Assembly (NCBI RefSeq): GCF_000150275.1
Contig: NW_002060958.1
Span: 938,272-1,002,271 of the forward strand
DNA length: 64,000 bases
Direction: 5' to 3'
Source: Trichoplax adhaerens
Lineage: Eukaryota > Animalia > Placozoa
Both the position numbers and the translations under genes were made by a program. How positions within the stretch are numbered: the stretch's first letter is position 1; every line of letters begins with the position of its first letter. Below, in pieces: positions 59,201 through 64,000 of the stretch. The notes below the pieces were generated by a model. The model saw only the letters and a program-made list of their open reading frames with translations, had not been told where the DNA came from and ran no database searches.

Positions 59201-61814
59201 CCAAATGTTACTTATTTTGATGTCTTGTATATCGAAGCATCTTGCGTGATAGATATCGTATTTAGACTAATTATTCCAAATGTTACTTATTTTGATGTAT
59301 TCTATATTGAAACAGCTTACGTGATTGATATCGTATAGACTAATTATTGAAAATGTTACTTATTTTGATGTCTTGTATATTGAAGCATCTTCCGTGATCG
59401 ATATATCTATCTATATATATAGATGGTATTGATACTAATGACTTAAAATTTGACTTGTTTTCTATTTCTTGAAGCATCTTGCGTGATAGAACGTCTTTAC
59501 TGTAAAGTACGACCATTTTGGGGGGTTTATTTGAGGAATTGGGAGTATGGTGTGTGTTTACATTTTGTTTTAGCAGTAGGGAGGAGGGGTGCATTCATAA
59601 TATTCAAAGTCCATCGATGATGTAATCGATCTGAGTCATGATATGATTGTTGTTGTCTAACAATTTTTTGTATTGCATTTTATTGTCAATCTAACTCATC
59701 ATTAAAACTGTCTATTTGCATCGATTATCATCGACTTACCTCTTGCTCGATTCTACTGGATCATCATTTCTTTTTTCAAGAATTTGTTTTCGGAGTAAAC
59801 TTTCAAAGTAGAAGGGTAATGGTATATCTATATTTTTTAAAGCATCAATAATCAATATGGATTACAACATGAGTGGAATAACAACTAGAATCAAACTGGT
59901 TCTATTATTCCGTTGTAGACTCCCAGTTTTAAAATAGTCTTGCAAGCTAACTACGGTAGGATAGGAATGGCAAGCATTTCTCAGGTATTGGGGTAAAACT
60001 GAATAATCATCTTCTGACAACGGTATCTAATTGCCTCTTATGAGATGTCATTTTGGTAGACGGTTTAGGATAAAAAAAACTACTACGGTAGATTTACTAC
60101 AACGAAAGGAAAAATAGTAGCATGATATTTTGAAGGGGATGCTATTTTCATCCTTGTACTTCTTATCCTAACAGTAACTGGATCCAACTGTCTATCGTCT
60201 CTCTTGACATTCAATTCTCTACATTGCCAATTCTATTCGTCATTGAAAGGGTAAATCTATTTCTACTACCATCCACTTGGCTAATCCTACTTGTCCTTTA
60301 CCATTGATTGACTGTATAAAATTGGAAAAATAGTCAATAGGGGTTGCCAATACAGTAGACTGACTACGCGGAATCAAAAATAGAAAAATGGAACTGTTGA
60401 TCATCCTGCTAACTTCTGAATTTTCATTTTGGCATTCTTGATCGATCGATCGATCGATCAAGAATGCATGGAAAAAAAAAGCATGCCAGAATGAAAACAG
60501 GTTTGAAAATAAATCGCCTTAAAAGCCCTTTCCAATCTGCGTCGTATAACCAAGGTCGAAAGACTACAATCGTTATGGACCAACTTGATTTTACTACTGT
60601 GAGATGGGGTAGTTTGGTATTTTCAAAAATAGACATAGATTACAGTATATTTCATGAAATAGTTACCAGTAGAATAGGAAAGTGATGGATGATAGGCTGG
60701 ATCAAGTTGTTCCAATCGTTGCTTTAACGGTGTTGTGACATCGATGTCGCCATTTCTTTGGGCTAAACCATTTTGATGGCATTGAAAACATGAGGCTAAC
60801 GCAGTACATTTATTACAATTTTCTTGTACAGTATTCAATCGAATGACTTTGGGTTTTTGATGCAGACGGATAGGCCGAACTCGAGCACAAGATTCTTCTA
60901 CTATAGGAGAAGAATAGGCAATCAAAAGGGAAAAAAAGAATGAACATAAGGAAAGAATTGACAACAACAACAACACAAAAAAAGAAATTTCATAATACGA
61001 AATAGTAAAACAAGCGGTGGGGGGGGAAAAACGATATTGAATGGAACAGAGACTATAAACATTCATTTTTTCAATCTTTGCTAAACGAATCCAACATGGC
61101 GTCCAATTTCAAGAGTAATCCAATATGGAATAAAATGAATTGACCAGTCCCATCTCTACGGTAAACTCTCTCTCTCTCTCTTGCTACACTATTACATCGG
61201 TCATAGGAATAAAAACCCCAAAATGCAATGGAGTTCAAGTTGATCCTACTGTATCGTGTACGTTAGTCGTTAGTAAGTAGATTGAAAAATAAAAAACTTG
61301 AATTGGACATGTCAAGGGAGAGAGAGAAAGAAGGGGACAAAAAAAAAACCTTTGTGGATTCCTAGACAAAATGCTATCAAAGCCATAGCCAAGGAGGAAC
61401 AACATAAAACCATGCCGATCTCTCTCTCCATGTAGGCTTGACATTCAAGACTGAGTAGAATGGGGTATATGTTGGCATTTTGACATGAAACACTGGATGG
61501 ATTAAATTGTGACTAGATTGAGCGTTAACATGAAACATTGGAGAGATTGGCTGCATTTGGACTCCATGGAATGAAATTGTCTGCAGTTGGACTGTATTAA
61601 TAAGGTCCAAGATGGAATGCATTGCATCTTTTTTTCAAACTTACTTGGACAGTGGGCTTCCACTGGATGCCTGTCTTCTAGTTTTTCTAACATTTGTGTA
61701 TAATGTTGGAGACGTTCTTCTAGTCTTAATTTTTGAAATTCAATCCATGTCCAACGCGATGCAATCGATCCTCGATGAAAATACCATTGCTTAACATCGG
61801 TTGGAAAACTAGTC
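56290..61814 (-). CDS. KANSL1: KAT8 regulatory NSL complex subunit 1-like (NSL1/KANSL1, PEHE domain); 5' exons unresolved
   Basis: [26 protein letters not shown] (61645-61814), WIN-like SCARVRP (~60870-60895), [32 protein letters not shown] (ORF 57095-58030), and PEHE region [19 protein letters not shown] (ORF 56290-56850); stop at 56290. Confidence 0.88.
58844..59480. repeat. 77-bp tandem repeat in a KANSL1 intron (3 identical copies, then degenerate)
   Basis: atattgaagcatgtt at 58844, 58921, 58998 and 59075, then diverged copies. Confidence 0.92.
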
Positions 61815-61872
61815 CTACAAGATAGAAACGATAGCATGAAAAAGTGCAATATTGACATGGACGAGAGTAGTA

Positions 61873-62145
61873 AGGTTAGGGTTAGGGTAAAAATAAAATG
61901 TTTGTCAAATTAATTGAAGAGGTCTTTTAAGGCAAGAAAGTCATGGATCCAGTAGGTAAAAGAGAGTAAAAGAGAGTAGAAGGTTAGGGTTAGGGTAAAA
62001 ATGAAATGTTTGTCAAATCAATTGAAGAGGTCTTTTAAGGCAAGAAAGTCATGGATCCAGTAGAGTAAAAGAGAGTAGAAGGTTAGGAGGAGAAAAATAA
62101 AACGTTTGTCAAATCAATTGAAGAGATCAAGACAAGAAAGTCAAC
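61873..62145. repeat. ~100-108-bp tandem repeat whose units begin with GGTTAGGGTTAGGG
   Basis: Units start at about 61873, 61981 and 62080; the first two contain (TTAGGG)2. Confidence 0.8.
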
Positions 62146-64000
62146 GGTTAACATGGAGGAAAAATCATCTTGTGGATGCGTCGAGTAGATAAAAGGAAAA
62201 GCAAGACAATCCTATCCACATGGACGATAGCGTATCGCACTGTCTGTGCCACTATTGGAAATGATTTTTTCCTCCTGCATCGTTGGGAACTTGAAATGGA
62301 GAGACGATATGGAAAAGGGTAAAGTAGAAACACTCAAAATAACAACCACTACAACAATAATTGCATAACGAGAAAATGGTCTAGTTCATGGTGGCAAAAC
62401 TCATCCAGTCGGTCCTATGGCAGTAATTGCATTTTCAAAATAGACTCCTACACCACAATATACGAGATCCTTTTGTAGACGACCGCAGGTACACAGTTGT
62501 CAGAACAAGTAGAAATGGGGAAAGAGGGAAATGGGATAAGCATCATCACTTTATCAATAAGGAATCGGTTGTCTATGACGATAGAAGAGGATGATTTCTT
62601 CTTGTAAAGGATTGGCTACAGCGTCGTAAAATAGGAATGGGGGGAGAAAAACAAAAAAACAAATATTTCTACAAAATGGGAAAAGGGTCAAGAAAGAACA
62701 TTCCATTTCTTCCCTTTCTACACAACTGGCTAGCATATCCTAAGAGATGGAAAACTACCCTTCCACATAATTTTGAATAGCAAGCGATGCATGATTGATG
62801 ATGATTTATTTTCAACAATAAGGTGGAAGAATCATCATCGGCCTGGCCAAAAATGCCTTGCGGTTGTTCCTCTCGTAAAGGATACAATGATGGATCATGG
62901 CGCAGGGAGAATAATCATCGTCGTTGTCAGAAAGGGAATGGATAATATACTGTGATGATGATGGGTAGACTGCTGTTATCCATGCAAGACAACGACGGCT
63001 ATGAGAATGTTCAATTTCTTGCCATGTTGTGTTTTGGTTATCCTACAGGGGCTTGGTGATTGTAGACTACTGTATTGAATCCTTAAGATTGGATGCAAAA
63101 TGCCATGATGGATCAAATGATTTCATTGCAGTTGGCGTGGAAAATCAATCATTTCTTTGCCATTCAAGTCAACGCTAGCTACTATGGCGTATCCATTGCC
63201 ATGGCTAGCTTATGACGAAATGAATAGATGATGGGCAAAATAGAATAAGGAATCATGGAGACAAGAAAGAGAAAGGGAGAAAATGAAAATGTTTTGTTTT
63301 TGGGTCTTCTTTCAATCTTTTGATGCAATGTTGGCATGATTGTCCACTACCACTTTGAGTTATTGAGATAGCGAGTCCAAGTTCATGTTTTCCCCTGCAA
63401 AACAACTCTGTCTTATAATGCTGTCCAACTATTGGTATGGACAATATTTTCCATCCAATCGATCAACATAATGCATTTTTAGGGAAAGGACTGACGATGA
63501 CGATTGGAGGCAAGCGCTCCAAGTCCAACTTTCAATATAGGCAAAAACATGGCGATAGGACATAAAAGGCAATGGATGGCCGTTTCCTTTTCAAGGCATT
63601 GGAATGATGATATCCATCATGGATTGATCAAAGTTGGTTTTTTCGACTAGTAGGCAGTTGAAATTGTAGTTGGTTTAATGGATTGGCCCAGTTGAAAAGT
63701 GATTAAGCAAGCGGTAGCGATCGATACCACAAGATGGATCGCTAGTTTGTCTTGTCATGATAAAGGCATCCGTGGATTTTCCAAGGTATCTCCATGGCAT
63801 TGCAAGGATCGTTTCAAAGTACTGTCTTGCCTTGGAATGGATAGAAATGGTTTGTCAATATTGCTCTTTGAAGCAAGCAGTAGCTACGTAGCAATAGTTT
63901 GTCGATGGCCCGGTTGAAATAACAACAAGGAAGTTATCCTCCATCGACCCTGGTTGATCGTCTCCGTTATGATGATGATGATGATGGCACAAGTGGATTT

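Noticed and set aside
61873-61996. True telomere or interstitial telomeric array
   Set aside because: Only two hexamers per unit, inside an intronic repeat.
62876-62885. Other GTATCCTTT matches as U12 donors (62885, 55212 and 45093 on minus; ~47929 on plus)
   Set aside because: No matching branch site/acceptor pair or protein homology supports them; such short motifs can occur by chance in AT-rich DNA.
62150-64000. Upstream KANSL1 exons
   Set aside because: Several AG..GT candidates (e.g. ~62886-62949, ~63352-63395) but no recognisable motif or consistent phase, so none is called.

Overview
AT-rich, intron-containing animal nuclear DNA, not prokaryotic. Short introns, compact spacing and protein style suggest an early-branching metazoan, probably a placozoan (Trichoplax-like); this is inference, not a database match. 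Manual splicing gives nine conserved genes in near-strict alternating orientation: SPAG16/PF20 (-, runs off the left edge), separase ESPL1 (-), metaxin-2 (+), cytosolic Hsc70/Hsp70 (-), COA3 (+), MCM6 (-), POFUT2 (+), a GKAP/SAPAP (DLGAP) GH1-domain gene (-) and KANSL1/NSL1 (-, 5' end unresolved). A candidate unrecognised spliced + transcript lies at about 50.8-55.1 kb. Main observations: (1) two homology-supported U12 minor-spliceosome introns (SPAG16, COA3); (2) a gene set whose human orthologues sit mostly on HOX-bearing chromosome arms, with no homeobox visible (ghost-Hox-like neighbourhood); (3) a 5-bp GTAC(N) palindromic microsatellite at essentially every inferred, mostly bidirectional, promoter; (4) unrelated tandem arrays (33-202 bp units) in the 5' introns beside those promoters; (5) a TATA box plus perfect heat-shock element between Hsp70 and COA3; (6) a GKAP-like protein that keeps SIEIYxP but lacks the terminal Shank-binding motif. 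No CRISPR array, rRNA, tRNA or intact transposon was found. Exon boundaries are manual and unverified by transcripts.
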